A stretch of 63,843 nt of DNA, the filler included, from Reticulomyxa filosa (lineage: Eukaryota; Protista; Foraminifera), in assembly GCA_000512085.1 (NCBI GenBank). It is 23 parts of 23 records of this genome, joined end to end, with 100 filler letters (N's around TTAATTAATTAA, not from the genome) between each part and the next. Parts side by side here need not be neighbours in the genome. Positions count along the whole stretch, not along the records: positions 12,926 to 17,366 come from ASPP01006056.1; positions 17,467 to 19,413 come from ASPP01026020.1; positions 19,514 to 21,259 come from ASPP01028255.1; positions 21,360 to 23,881 come from ASPP01023436.1; positions 23,982 to 26,005 come from ASPP01047797.1; 18 more parts are not named here. One strand, 5' to 3'. How positions within the stretch are numbered: position 1 is the first letter of the stretch; every line of letters begins with the position of its first letter. This document shows positions 13,057 to 26,005 of the stretch, piece by piece. Under the pieces are notes generated by a model. The model worked only from the letters and a program-made list of their open reading frames with translations, had not been told where the DNA came from and searched no databases. Made by a program: the position numbers and the translations under genes.

Positions 13057-15330
13057 CCAGATTTTGAAATCAAAGATTGTCCTCACACGTTCGAATTGTC
13101 TCCACAGTTGTTCCAAAGCGCGTTGGATAACTTTGACCCAGCACAGCAGCAGATCACATTTCATTTCGACGACCAAAAGATGCAAGTTTTGATTGAGTGT
13201 ATCAATTTTGTTTGTCATATTTGAATTTGTTTCAATGAATAATAATAACAATAATAACAATAATAACGATAATAATAAATAAAAATTAAACAAAAAGATG
13301 AAAAGCTATGAAGACATTACCGACATTGCAGACAATAGAAATGAAGTTGAAACGCAGTGTAATTACAACCGCTTGGGTGCATTATTTGCGCAATACAACT
13401 TGGAATATGCGCCGGAAGTGCCAAGTGCAAATCGCAGATTGATATTTAGCATATTTGTTCGCGAACTCAAGGCGCTTTTGCCAGTGTGTTGCGCGTTGGA
13501 CGACAAGTGCTGTCTGTGGGCGCAGAACGGGTCGTCCCCCATTGCCCTGACCAACTCCAAGACCACTGACGTGCCCATTTATATCGAGCTGATCATCATG
13601 ACCATCGACGAGAAGGATGACGAAGTGTCTTCGGCCGACGCGCAACACAAGATGGACGCATCAGTCCATGTCTTGGAACAAGCCGAAAAGCAGTTACAGA
13701 TTCGACAACAACAACAACAACAAGATAATGATGATATTATCGAGGAAATTGACGTGCCACCTGTTCCTATTCCATCTCGTGATACACTTCCACAAGGAAG
13801 ACCATCCAATAACAAAGAGATCAACTCCATTGATGCGGATACTATTGCCAATAATAATAAAGATAATAATAATAATAACAACACAAATGAAAACGAAGAA
13901 AACAAATCGCTTGAGACAGAATTACCAAATGTGGTGTTCAATACTGTCTCTCAGCCATTGAGCGCGACACAAAAACTAGTTTCTCAAGTCTTTGAGCAGG
14001 ACCAGCTTTCTAACCACTTTTCGCAACGAGAAAGCCAGTCGAATGTGTTGCCTTTGGCGAAAAAGGGTGTCGCTGACGATGAACCTCGACGAAGGGAGGT
14101 CATTGATATGATGCAAGAGGCGGAAGCAGAGGTCGACGACTTGGTGCTATTCACAAAGCAAAAACAACCGCAAGCAAACGCTTCTGTTGCAAGTCTGCGT
14201 TCCACAACCGCGGTTTACTCCGATGAATTGGATCAAGAGTGGCTGAGGCAACACATTGGGTGGACGCAAAAAAACACATCCGATCATGCTCGACGTCGCG
14301 ATGAAACCGAGCTTACCATGAACAACCCCGTCATTGACACTGTAAGCGGCCTTATTTGCTTTTTGTTCTTTTGTATCTTTGTGTCTATTGTTTCCATTTT
14401 CATCGTAGATGCAATCGGATTGAGATAATGCTGCTTGTGTTTTGGCCCAGGACGCAGCATCGAAGACGCAGTCCCGTCGACAACCACTCCAATCGATGCC
14501 AAAGAAAGACGCACTGCCATCTACACACGTCAACACTTTACCAAAAAATGCTCGTGATGTCTCAAATCCACAACCAAAACATAAACAAACTGATGCTATC
14601 GTTATACCTGAAGATGAAGATGCTTTTTTTACTCAAGATGACGTTTGTTGTGTTCATTTCATAAAAAAAATTGTTTTATTATATGTATGCAATATTATGT
14701 TACATTATATTGTTCCTCTTTTCCTTTTGCTTATTAAAAGCAATTGTTTATGACATATTTGTGCTCAAAAAAAAATGGTCTCCTTATTAGCTGGAGCTTG
14801 ATGAAACTCTATTGGGAAAGAACATTTCAAATATCAGAAGTGCGCTTGCAGTGAATCAAGAGAAAACTCACAGAAACACTCGTCAAATGGAACAAAGAGC
14901 TCAAACGGACCCTTTCGACGATGGACTGGAATTGATACTACACAACACTAATCCAGAACTTTGTGAAGACATTGAGCCGAAACAAAAACCTACCAAAACT
15001 ACACTACAGAGATATGATGAAGTAGATTTTATCCGTCCAGTTCCTTCGAGAGATTTACTTGGCGCAAGCCAACAGTCTTCACTTACTCCAACCCAAAAAG
15101 TCGATCAAATTGCTGATCGATTACGAAGACAACAAGTCCAAGCACAATCATCCAAAAAAAGACCTTTACATCAAGATCTGAATCTAAGTGAAAGACAGAG
15201 GCAAGAAGAACTATATCAAAGACAACTGAACCGCCCCAATAAAATGCCAAGACTACAACAAAACACAAAAACCAACGTTGAAAAAGACAAAAATACCGAA
15301 AATTCCGAACTTTTCATTCCAGGTATTTAG
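13057..15330 (+). CDS. RAD9: Rad9 (9-1-1 checkpoint clamp subunit), 5' partial; exons about 13057-13185, 13298-14341, 14451-14642, 14791-15330
   Basis: DCPHTFELSPQLFQSALDNFDPAQQQITF..MKSYED..FSIFVRELKALL..SPIAL..IELIIMTI aligns with human RAD9A [59 protein letters not shown]; long disordered tail; all introns phase 0. Confidence 0.75.
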
Positions 15331-15725
15331 TTTGTCCCTTTATTTTTTCTGATGTGAATCAAGCTTTTTTTCTGTAATGAAAATACAGAAACTCCTGATG
15401 ATTTTCTATCGTTTTAGAGCCCCCAGGAAATAATAATCATTTAACGTTTTGTCAGATGGAATTGTTGGAAAAATAGGAATAAACTTGGTTTCCATTTTTT
15501 TCTTAGTTGTAATGTTCAAAATTATCGCTAAACAAAACAAAAAGCAATTCTAAAATACAAAATTAGCAGAAATATTGTTTTGTTGATTTTCTGAAGTATT
15601 AAAAAATTACTTTTCGGTTTTGAATTAAAATAATGTGCCAATGAGGGATTTATCATACGAAGCGTGTTTTTTGGTCTAGAAAAAAAAAAGAACTAACACA
15701 AAAAAGACAAAACAACATTTTCGAC

Positions 15726-16759
15726 TCAAGAGTTGTCATCATCATCTTGACTAACAACATTTGGTTTTGATTTTATTTTGACATTTCCTTGGCATTCGGC
15801 CAAGCATTTTCCAATTGTGTTGACAAGTTCGTAGAGTGCTTTTTCTCCAGCTTCTGGTTTCAGTGTTTTGATGGACACTTTGTATGAAGGGGGCGATTCC
15901 AACGTTATCTATAATTCCAAATCACAATAGGAATCAACACGTTTCATCACATTTTAATGTGTTTTTTATTTTATTTTTTTGCACAAACTTTAATAGAGAA
16001 ATCGTCATCCGAATGCGTTTCTAATCCTGTTTTGAAAGCCTTTTTCATTGCCAAGATCCCTTCATCACCAAAACAAGTAACGTCAATAACCGCCTCGACA
16101 CTTACTACTTGTGGTTTTAAACGATTTTCGATCCGGGCAAATAGCATTTCTCGAATGCTTTCTGGAACGTCAAATTCTTTCAAAAACTCTTCCTTGTGTC
16201 TTTAAATTAAAAAAATTTAAATAAATGTTGAATTGGATTGATTTAGTTAATAAAAAAAATAAAAGACGGCCCGTGACTGCCAATCGCGTTAACTAAACTC
16301 CAAAGCGAATTTAAAGCCATCATATGCATGTCCATACTTTTGAGCCATTGGCCATCCAAATTGTTGATATAATTGTTCTACACCATATTCACTGTGTTTC
16401 GCCACGTGCCGCATTATGCTATGTACTGCTTTAGATTTGTTCCAATTTTCTTCACACTGACGAACTGCAGACATTTCCACACGATTTTTAGAAAGATCGA
16501 TATAACCTTTTTGGGAGTTGACTGCAATTACTGCCATTATCTCTTGTTTTCCCACTTGCAACACCCTCCCCACAGACTTTACACGACGAAATGATAATTC
16601 ACTCATTACTACCATACCTTCAATTTTGTTGTATTCTAGTAAAGAGCATAATGCACCAAAGCTTTCAATTGCTTTAACTTCTACGACAACAAGATCTCCT
16701 ACATCAGGATATTCTTTTTTATACATGCGGCAATCAAGAGATTTTTTGGCACGGCTCAT
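15726..16759 (-). CDS. EIF2S1: Eukaryotic translation initiation factor 2 alpha; exons 16759-16299, 16199-15989, 15908-15726
   Basis: CRMY..EYPDV, LLEYNKIEGM..SELS, KGYIDLSK, SKAVHSIMRHVA, WP..KYGHAYDGFK, SPPSY, acidic C-terminus; frames join through GT-AG introns. Confidence 0.95.
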
Positions 16760-17466
16760 TTGTCCAAGTAATGCACATGTGAAATGCAAAAAAAACTTTC
16801 GGGGCGTAGCCGTGGTCTGTAGAGTGCTTGTGTGTTTTAGTGAAAACAAATGAAACGCCTTAGACATTGCCTTTGAAGCCTGCTGAATATGAGTGACAAA
16901 TGGGAAATTCATTACCACATTGCAATCGAGTTAAAAAAAAAGCTATTTTTATCAACAAAGTGGAGGAAAATTTAAAATCACAAGCACAAACCTCTAAAAC
17001 AACGTGTTTATATTCTTCAAAGTGTTTTAATACTCTTTTTTTTTTTTTTTTTTTACTAAACAGATCAATTAAGTTTATTTGTTCCCGCAAAGAAAAATCT
17101 GCGGAAGCTCAATAGAAAAATAGAATGTTCTTTAGTTTCGAGATAACGACAGAATACTGTAATCAAAAAAAAAAAAATCAAAAGCATAAAGCCACTATAA
17201 TACTTTTCTTTTGTTTATTATGAAAAAAACAAAAGAGAAGTCTAACTTGGGCCTGTCAGCTCGGCACCAAGAAGAGACGAAAAGTATTGATTTATTTTTC
17301 AAAAAAGGAGAGGGGGGGGGGGGGGCGGGAAACAAAACAAACACAACATAGCAAAAAAAAAAAAAANNNNNNNNNNNNNNNNNNNNNNNNNNNNNNNNNN
17401 NNNNNNNNNNTTAATTAATTAANNNNNNNNNNNNNNNNNNNNNNNNNNNNNNNNNNNNNNNNNNNN

Positions 17467-19060
17467 AAATATCTACCACCATTAAATGGTGAAAATTCAA
17501 TTCCATAAACACATTTTGTGTGTTCATTAAATACTTGCAGTTGTTCATTATTTTTGAAATCCCAAAAACGAATGGTTTTATCCGACGATGAAGAACAAAT
17601 GACATTTTTATCATAATTTTGATAATGATATGATGAAAATTTTACGCAATGCACAGAACGTGAATGTCCGTTGAATTTTTCAATGTTTCTGTTTTTATCA
17701 ACATCACGTACACAAACTCTAGCATCATGTGATCCAGAACAAATGAATGGGCAATCACCAAATGTTATTTAATCAATACTATAAACATAACCTAAATTTA
17801 TAATAAATTTATTTATTAATTTGGATGATTAGCAAAATTTGTCTAGCATAAAGATAACGTATACCTATTTCAAGTTAATATTTGACTATTTTATTTTATA
17901 TTTAAAAAAAAGATAGGACAAATGAACTAACATAATTGATAACGAGTTTATTGAACTCATTTACCCACCCAAATTTTATATGATATATCCTAGTCCAATG
18001 TTCTAATATCCATTGTATATTATGTTTGACAGCAGAATCGATATTTTGACGGAATAAAGCAATTGATCTCAACTTGATTACAACAACACAACAAAAGACA
18101 TCTAAATTTTTATTTAAAAAAAAAAAAAAAAAAACTTTGATAAGTGTAGTATGCTGAGGATGGAATTGCATGATATTGGTCACAATACTCAAAGCTTGTT
18201 TATAATCTTGCATAAGAATTAGAATGTTAATCTTCATACATTCTAAATTCAATGATTCATACATGTCATCATTCAACAGAGATTCAATCGTTTGTAGCAA
18301 TAGCGTGAGCTCTTGCTTTTCATATTGCGTCAGCACTCCAACATCTTTGATCGATGTCGAAGAAGCGGACGAGACTTACCATCCTTCTCCTTTAGCTGAC
18401 TCTGCTTGTTTGTCTTCATCTTCGTCATTGATTTGATGATGATATGTGTAGTAAGTCTTTACCAATGAGTGGAGTAATATGTATTCTATTAGAAAGAGTT
18501 TTTCACGGATTATTTGGATTTTGTGTTGAATTATACCAATGTGATTTCGCAATTGTCGTAATTCATTGTCATTTGGATATATAATTAATGCATCTGTTCA
18601 TTTTTTTATTTTTTTTTTATTTCATGATTATATTATTTCTCTAATATCTTTTTTCTTCATCCTTTCTTCTATCTATCTATATATCTTTTTCTTACAAACT
18701 GTCGGCAGCTTGTTTGGCTTCTTCCACACGACATAGACATTTGTAACACTTAATTGAGCGGAGATGTGCCTATTTTAAACAAAAGCAATATAAAAATCAT
18801 ATTAAATCAATTTCAAGGCTGATATAAATACTTTGCTCCGACTTCATTGTGTTTTCTCCCCCTTTTTTTTACAAACTTTTCTTTTGTAGTCGGTCAAATA
18901 TAACAAGCAGCGCAAAGCAAAGCGTATGAAAAAAAAAAGGGGAGGATGGGCAAAAGGAGATAGAATTACTTTGCGGAATTGATAGTCCAAATTTAATGCG
19001 CTTATACAATCTTTCAATGCGTCTTCATATTGATGTAAAAACATATACTACTGCTCGTTT
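17467..19060 (-). pseudogene. TPR + WD40 repeat gene with in-frame stops at the start of the WD40 part
   Basis: TPR-like YEDALKDCISALNLDYQFRK; linker IQWILEHWTRIYHIKFGWVNEFNKLVINY; WD40 FICSGSHD..NGHSRSVHCVKFS..ICSSSSDKTIRFWD; TAA stops near 17830 and 17770. Confidence 0.6.
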
Positions 19061-20244
19061 GATATAAAACTCTTTTTTTTTATGGTCCCCCCCCAAAAAA
19101 ATTGTCATCAATGTTAATTTACAAATTTGAAAAGATTTACATCAAATACCAGGTATTTTTTTTAAAGTTTATTTCACGTATTCAAATGTTGTCTCGTTTA
19201 CACGCGCACATGGAAATGGAAGTCACATACACACAAAAGATTTGATATTTACATTACAAACGTAAAATGTTTCGTTTTAATACATAATTTTGGGTCGGAG
19301 ATAATGTGAATGTAATATTAAAAAAAAAAAAGATATCATCCCAAATCGCTTAAAATAAAAAAACACTATTGTTGGTTGACTTCTTTTTACTTTTTTTTTT
19401 TTTTTATTTGTTGNNNNNNNNNNNNNNNNNNNNNNNNNNNNNNNNNNNNNNNNNNNNTTAATTAATTAANNNNNNNNNNNNNNNNNNNNNNNNNNNNNNN
19501 NNNNNNNNNNNNNAATCCTAATACTTGGGAGCCATTGAGTGTGTTGTCAAAAAAAAAACAGTTTGAATCATATTCTTTGGTCATATCCGACAAACGCCAA
19601 AGTATATCTGATGTTTACTTTTCTTTGCAAATCGCCATCATTTTATCTTTGCTACTTTCACTTCTCTTTTTATTCATACAAAAATCAAAGTAAACAATAA
19701 CCATAACACTTTTCAATAACATAACGTCAACTCAAATAATCCGTTTGACAAGCTATAATATGTGTTTATATTCAATTTAAATAAATATTTTTGTATATAA
19801 ATTTGAAATATAATATTTTTAAATCCTTTTGAAACAACAAGAACTTTAAATCTTGAAATAGTGTGTTATATCTTTTATGTTGCTGTTATTTATTAACAAC
19901 ACAAAATTAAAAAACCCAAAATAATCACTTAATATACATGTTTTTGAATGTGAAGGAAAAAAATTTGAATTCCTTTGGTATGTATAGAAACTGATTAGAT
20001 GCTATATCTTTGTCGCTGTTTTACCAAAACTTTGTGTTTGAATAAGTTGCCAAAAAAAAAAAAAGGCAATCATAAACTATTTTCTAACTGCTTTTTTTTT
20101 AACTTGACAAAGTCAAATAAGTAGAAGGTATGTACACTCATTTGAAGTGCACATTTGTTTTGAAATTTAAAATAAAATTCAAATATAAATTTGACATTGT
20201 TTTGTTTTTGTTTTTTTAAATTGAGAAAACAAATTTGTTTTAAA

Positions 20245-20850
20245 TTATTTCAGTTTTCGACGGAGATGGATTTTGTCATCAGGGAAAAAGAGTCTGGAAG
20301 GCGGCATTATATCTTGCAAAGTGTTGGAGTCATCCAAATCTTGCTGTGTTGGTTTTGGAGGTTCTAATCGATACACAACTGGTGGTGTGCTTGGAGAAGG
20401 TGAACCTGGACGCGATTGAGGTTTGCTTTTTTCTCTCAAGAAGAATATGTTAGAACTTTGAAATTCTTTATATATTTATATTTATATTTAAATATATGTA
20501 CATTTTTATATTTATAATACGCTTGACAATTGTTTTAATTGATTAATAAATAAATAATGAAAGAATAGATAACGTGTCTTATTCCAAAATTCATCGAGGA
20601 CATTTTCTCGAGATCGAATCTTGGAGTCAGTTGAAGGCTCACTTTGAGGTCTTCGTTGTGGATGTAAGTCTAACCAATAGGGCAACCAATAGCCTTGATT
20701 TCTTAATGATTCATTAATAGCAGATACACTTTGGCATTAAAGTCTAAATTCAATTGTTGATAACAATACTTTCTTCCTCGGTTGCTCACTCTCAGTTGAG
20801 ATTTTTTTCCAGTGCGTTTCCTCCAACCTCTTTGGATTTTCTATTCATTC
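20245..20850 (-). CDS. Small spliced hypothetical protein
   Basis: Exon-like segments ESLRNQGYWLPYWLDLHPQRRP.. and ..SRPGSPSPSTPPVVYRLEPP..LRRKLK* separated by an AT-rich intron. Confidence 0.35.
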
Positions 20851-22018
20851 GGTTTTATTTCTTTTTTTTCGTTCGCTTTCTAACAACAAAATTCTATTAC
20901 AAAACTTTATTCATTCCACTGAATGAACATCTTGAAAGGAAGGTCAAGGAAGTCAGGGAGCCAAGGGGAGGCTAGATTGTGGATATGAGCTTAAAACTCG
21001 AAACATCCTTAAGAAAGTTTAGTTTTGTGTCCCCTTCTTTTTTTTTTGAAACTTCTCAAAAGTATTCCTTTTGCGTAAATTAATATATGAACATATGTAT
21101 TTGTAATTCTGATAGCTTGATACAGTAACTCTTTGGTTATCGCTAGACCTTATTATAAACTTTTGTAAGTTGCCAAAGCGGTAACTTCCTAATTTTCATT
21201 GATGTGCACCAAGAACACAAGCAAAAAGACGTTCAATAGAGCTCGAGGACAGCAAAACTNNNNNNNNNNNNNNNNNNNNNNNNNNNNNNNNNNNNNNNNN
21301 NNNTTAATTAATTAANNNNNNNNNNNNNNNNNNNNNNNNNNNNNNNNNNNNNNNNNNNNCAAAGGGAGCTCCTCAGTTCCATAAGCGCTCAGCCATGCGT
21401 GATAAGGGCTTGTCCTACAAAAGTAAATTAATAACAAATAATTACAACAAGACAAAGAAAAGAGAAACTAACAAAGAAAAGTTAGTCATGTTGTAGACGA
21501 AGTTTAGCTCATTAGTGCTCCAATGTTCATTTAGATCTTTGGAATTCATAATGGATTACAGTACATGAATATGATGACGTGGTAAAATGACTTATTTTGT
21601 TTTTTGCGAAAGTTCGCATTATCAGAATAATTGACTTAAATATATTTAAAAAAATATGAGTATATTTTTCAAAAGGTCTGCCAAAGTGCAAATGCTTCAA
21701 TGTGTTATTGTTGAAAGGAATATTGTGCATGTTGTTGTAATCTTCCATATTACCTTCTTTATCAATCATAACAAACCGGTACTTTAGCTTGATTACGCTG
21801 ATCACCGGAGGCTCAAAAAACAGAAAATATAGTTTCTTTGTTTCTGTAGGCTTAATTATTGATAATCAACAATAAAAGGAGAAGATTTCAAAACATAGTA
21901 CATATATCTAGTTTGATATCAACTAATTTTAGTAAAATATGCTGCTTTTTTAACTAAAAAGCTAACCCAAGAAGGGAAAGAACCATAATATATAAAGGAA
22001 TTTTTTCATCTTTAAGAA

Positions 22019-23881
22019 ATGGGACAAGAATGCGCAATTTGTCAACAAGAAACGGCCCCATTAGAAAATTCTCCTCATCCGAGTACTATTGAAAAAGACG
22101 AAGTGTTAGATCACTCGAAACAAATGACATATTCTCCTTCCAACAGCCAGAAGGGCGTGACTGAAAAAATCGAGCAAAAAAGGCGATCGAGAGACCCCTC
22201 CGTCCAACTGTCCATTAAACATAGAAAAAAAATGCGAGATGACGACATGAACAAATCGTCTAATGTCCATCAGCCTACGGCCCACTTATCCAAACAAAGC
22301 AATGGACCCAAGTACAAGAGTACGCATAAGATGAAGGAAGAGTCTAAAGAGGGTAGCAATCACAGCCATGAACATGCTCACAAGTCCAAGCCCAAACATA
22401 AGCATAAACACCGTTTTAATGGCGACGATAGTCGCAGCCATAAACACAAGCATAGATACACGCGTTATATTGACAAGACGACAGGGAAAGAGTACGTACA
22501 ATGCACAAAAAAGCACTGCAAAAACATAATATCAATCTCCGAATTTGAGAAATTGTGGCAAAAGAAATGCAACAAGCAAAAGCTACAAACACATGTGCAA
22601 GAGAGGGACTATGCTAAAAATAATGGACACCCAAAAGTGCAAGGAGGAAAAAAAGAAGGTTATTATAATGATTACGACGACGAAGAAGAAATAAGCGAGG
22701 ATGGAGATGACAGTAGTGACGATGAAGAAATAAATAGAGAAGAGAGCAAAAAGAAATATAAAGATGATATGAATAAAAAAAAACAAATTCGAAAGAAAAA
22801 CAAAAAAACAAAAAAAAAAGATAAAAGTAAAAGCCATGGAAAATTGCGAAAACGATATTTGAAAATGTTGACCCAATTGGATAAAATAAGTACGTTGATA
22901 ATTGGAGATCGTGATCGTAACGAAACAAAACATAAGTCCGAAGGCGAACGTCCATTATTGCTGTTGCCACGGAGTCACGATCGTGATCCAAACAACGACG
23001 CAAGAAAAGTAGTTATTCGCTCCTTCCTTAATGAACACCCTCCTCATATACCCAAGTTATGTATATGTATACGTGTGCGAAGAGCAGAGGCAAAATATTG
23101 CATGCAAGGCAATGAAAGAACACACTCCGTTTTCTTATTCTAAAAAAAAAAACAAAAAAAACAAAAACTCAAACCAATTATAGTTTGCAAAGTTGTCATG
23201 AATTTTTATTATTTTATATTGTGTCATTTGAGTTCATTCCTGGTCGTAACTTATGGCGTACGTATATATGTATATACATATATATATATATGTATATACA
23301 TGTATGTATATGTATATACGTATACATACTTAAAAAGATATTTTTGTACAAATAAATCAACAAAACAAGCAAATAAAATAATAATAATAAAAAAATATCA
23401 ATGGACAGAGGTGTTATTGGAACGCTATAAGGAAAGGGAAACGATAGTTCGTGAGAGCAATGTCCGCAAATGGATAAACGAGTTGTTACAAGCAGTAGCG
23501 TTTTTGCATCACCACAACATTGCACATTTGGATATTTCGCCAGACTCCATTGTTGTAACAGACTCCAACTCTTTGTATTTGAACCATTTCCAGTGTTGCA
23601 TGATCGTCGAAGAAATGACCACATATCAACTCAATGTTGACTGTTTAGTTTTGTCACACTTTCGATTTATTTTTTTTTAGACTATTTTCGTTTGTTTATT
23701 AAATGTCGAGTACAAAACAATCAAAAAAAAAAAGTATTAGGAACACATGGCAACCACCGGCCAGTATTCGAAATCAGAGTGCGTACACTGGTTTTGAATT
23801 AAAAGCATTTGACCTCCGTTCCATTGGAATATTGACCTTCCTATTATTATCTGCCAATTATCCATTTTACAAAGAACCTCA
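22019..23881 (+). CDS. Protein kinase-like (probable pseudokinase) with long His/Lys-rich and acidic N-terminus, 3' partial
   Basis: VRKWINELLQAVAFLHHHNIAHLDISPDSIVV..LYLNHFQ (subdomains VIa-VII) and AFDLRSIGILTFLLLSANYPF (IX). Confidence 0.7.
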
Positions 23882-24026
23882 NNNNNNNNNNNNNNNNNNN
23901 NNNNNNNNNNNNNNNNNNNNNNNNNTTAATTAATTAANNNNNNNNNNNNNNNNNNNNNNNNNNNNNNNNNNNNNNNNNNNNTTTTTTTTTTTGTGATGAA
24001 TGAACAGAGATCAAAGTATATATAAC

Positions 24027-24925
24027 TTGTGAAATGCGTTTATCTTTTTCACTCAATGCCAACTTTTGCGTTTCCATGGTTTCCTTCATTTTAGAGAGAT
24101 TTTGTTCTTTCTTGTCCAATTGTCCTCGCAATTTATCCAATTCTCCTTGTAAGTCTACGTATTTCTTTTCCCACTGGTCTCACCATTTTTTTTTTATCAT
24201 TTCAAAAATTGAGAATAAGTTTTGTTTGTTCACTTTTTTTTTTTTCCAATCTAATAATGTCAACAATAAACAAAACAAAAAAAAAATAAAGCCATACCTC
24301 AGTGACTTCTTCTTCTTTTTTTTGCAACTATCAAATGCATCACAAAAAAAAACCAATATCAATCCCCCCCCCATCACCCCTTGCAATATCACTAAACATT
24401 GTCGCATTTTTGTTTGAACTAATGAAAGGCTACGTTCTCAGCAAATTCATTCCAACTTCCAAATAAAATAAAATAAATTGCATAAAAAAAAATAGTCAAG
24501 ACAACTAACCTCCAGAGACAGTTTTTGAATTGCACTAAATGCAGCGTCCAAAGCGGAAGACAAGTCATCACAGTTATCAAAGTCAATCCCTAACATTTTC
24601 AATCGGGCATTGATTGCCATTTGCATGCGACTTAATTTTTGTCGCAACTTTATTTATTCAAATATTTGTGTTTATTCAATAAAAACTTATTACTCAACAA
24701 AATTTGTCCCTCTCCCTTTTTTTTTTAAAATCCCCCTTTTTCGAATTACAACTTTGGCACACAAAAAAAGTACACACCCAGTATCTGTCTTGGTTTGCTT
24801 GCAAACGCATCTCTTTTTCTTGTTCCAAGGTTTTGCCTTTCTTGTTTTGAGCTTCTTTTAATTTCCTCAACTCTGCTTGCAAAGCTTGATTGTCTCTTTT
24901 CAACTGTTTGTCCACCCCCATCACA
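24027..24925 (-). CDS. Coiled-coil hypothetical protein, spliced and partial
   Basis: Heptad-rich exons DKQLKRDNQALQAELRKLKE.., LRQKLSRMQMAINARLKML.., LDKLRGQLDKKEQNLSKMKE.. Confidence 0.55.
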
Positions 24926-25602
24926 CGGGAAAAAAACACAAGTAGTGACTCAAATCACTTGCTTCACGTTTTCACTTCCAAAGACAAATGAAATTGATCT
25001 ACATTTTTTATTTCCAATTCCAAGCTGGCCACTGACTGACCACCACCCTTGGTTGGACTCTTTGGGTAATTACTGTCGGTTGCCATGTCTTTGCACCCCA
25101 ATGGAAAAAAATGTTTTATTTTCTAACTATGCAGTTACCCCTCCACCCTTCTTTTTTAGGTGCAAAAGTACCCGATCTTTGTTATGCGGCAAAAAGGATA
25201 ATTTTTAAAATGAAATAATTGAGGGTTTAAAAATATCTTATAAAAAACTGTATTATGGTTGTGGTATTAAATAAAATTTACAAAGAAGATTTAAAACTGC
25301 AAACTAAAAAACGATGCCAAAGAAGGAAAAAAATTCTTTAAATAATATTTTTAAAAATAAAAATATGATTAACTTTTAAAATTTTAATAGGAAGTGCTAG
25401 AGGTTTTCGAGAAAATTTAGAGTAAATCTGACTTCAATATTAGGAGAAATTGTTGTAAAAAAAGGAGTTGTCCGTTTTTGATGTTGGCAAACAAAAGCTT
25501 CCATATATTTCATTTAAGAGTAGCTAAATCAATTGACATAAATTCAAGAATTGAATTGAAAAATGTTCCTATTTTCTTAATAAAAATGTAAGTGCGTTGT
25601 TT

Positions 25603-26005
25603 TTAGAAAAAGAAGGCGTTCTTAATTTTAGTAAACAGCAACGAAGTTGATTGTTGGTCTTGTTTTTTCCATTCTTGATATGCACATTGATATGCAGCAG
25701 CACAATAACTCCATGTCAATGGTTGATGTGGAAAATATTCTAATAGATTGTCGAGATGTTGTTCCAACAAATGACCAAATTGAGGGTTTTCATCTCGTTT
25801 AATCTGTCCTTGTTTATAAGCTACTTCACGCCATGCCTTTAATATATCTTTCATTGTTCCCAATGATGTCCTCTTCACAAATCTTTAATTTGTGATTGGA
25901 TTTCATTAGGTAATGCCCGTTGATAAATATTAAGAACAAATGGAGTGATCGAACTTTCATCCAAATGTTCTGATTGAACTAAATTGTTTAATTGACGCCA
26001 CAATA
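25603..26005 (-). pseudogene. RNF213-like C-terminal domain fragment (paralog of 62231-63136) with apparent one-base frameshift near 25880
   Basis: LWRQLNNLVQSEHLDESSITPFVLNIYQRAL../KRTSLGTMKDILKAWREVAYKQG..YFPHQPLTWSYCAAAYQCAYQEWK, closely similar to the other copy. Confidence 0.7.

Noticed and set aside
16760-16918. 53-aa N-terminal extension on eIF2-alpha
   Set aside because: Begins at a non-ATG codon and has no homology; ATG 16759 fits the family start, although an in-frame upstream ATG cannot be fully excluded
17760-17835. Stop-codon reassignment suggested by in-frame TAA
   Set aside because: Intact genes here end in TAA, TAG and TGA and long ORFs contain no internal stops; decay explains it
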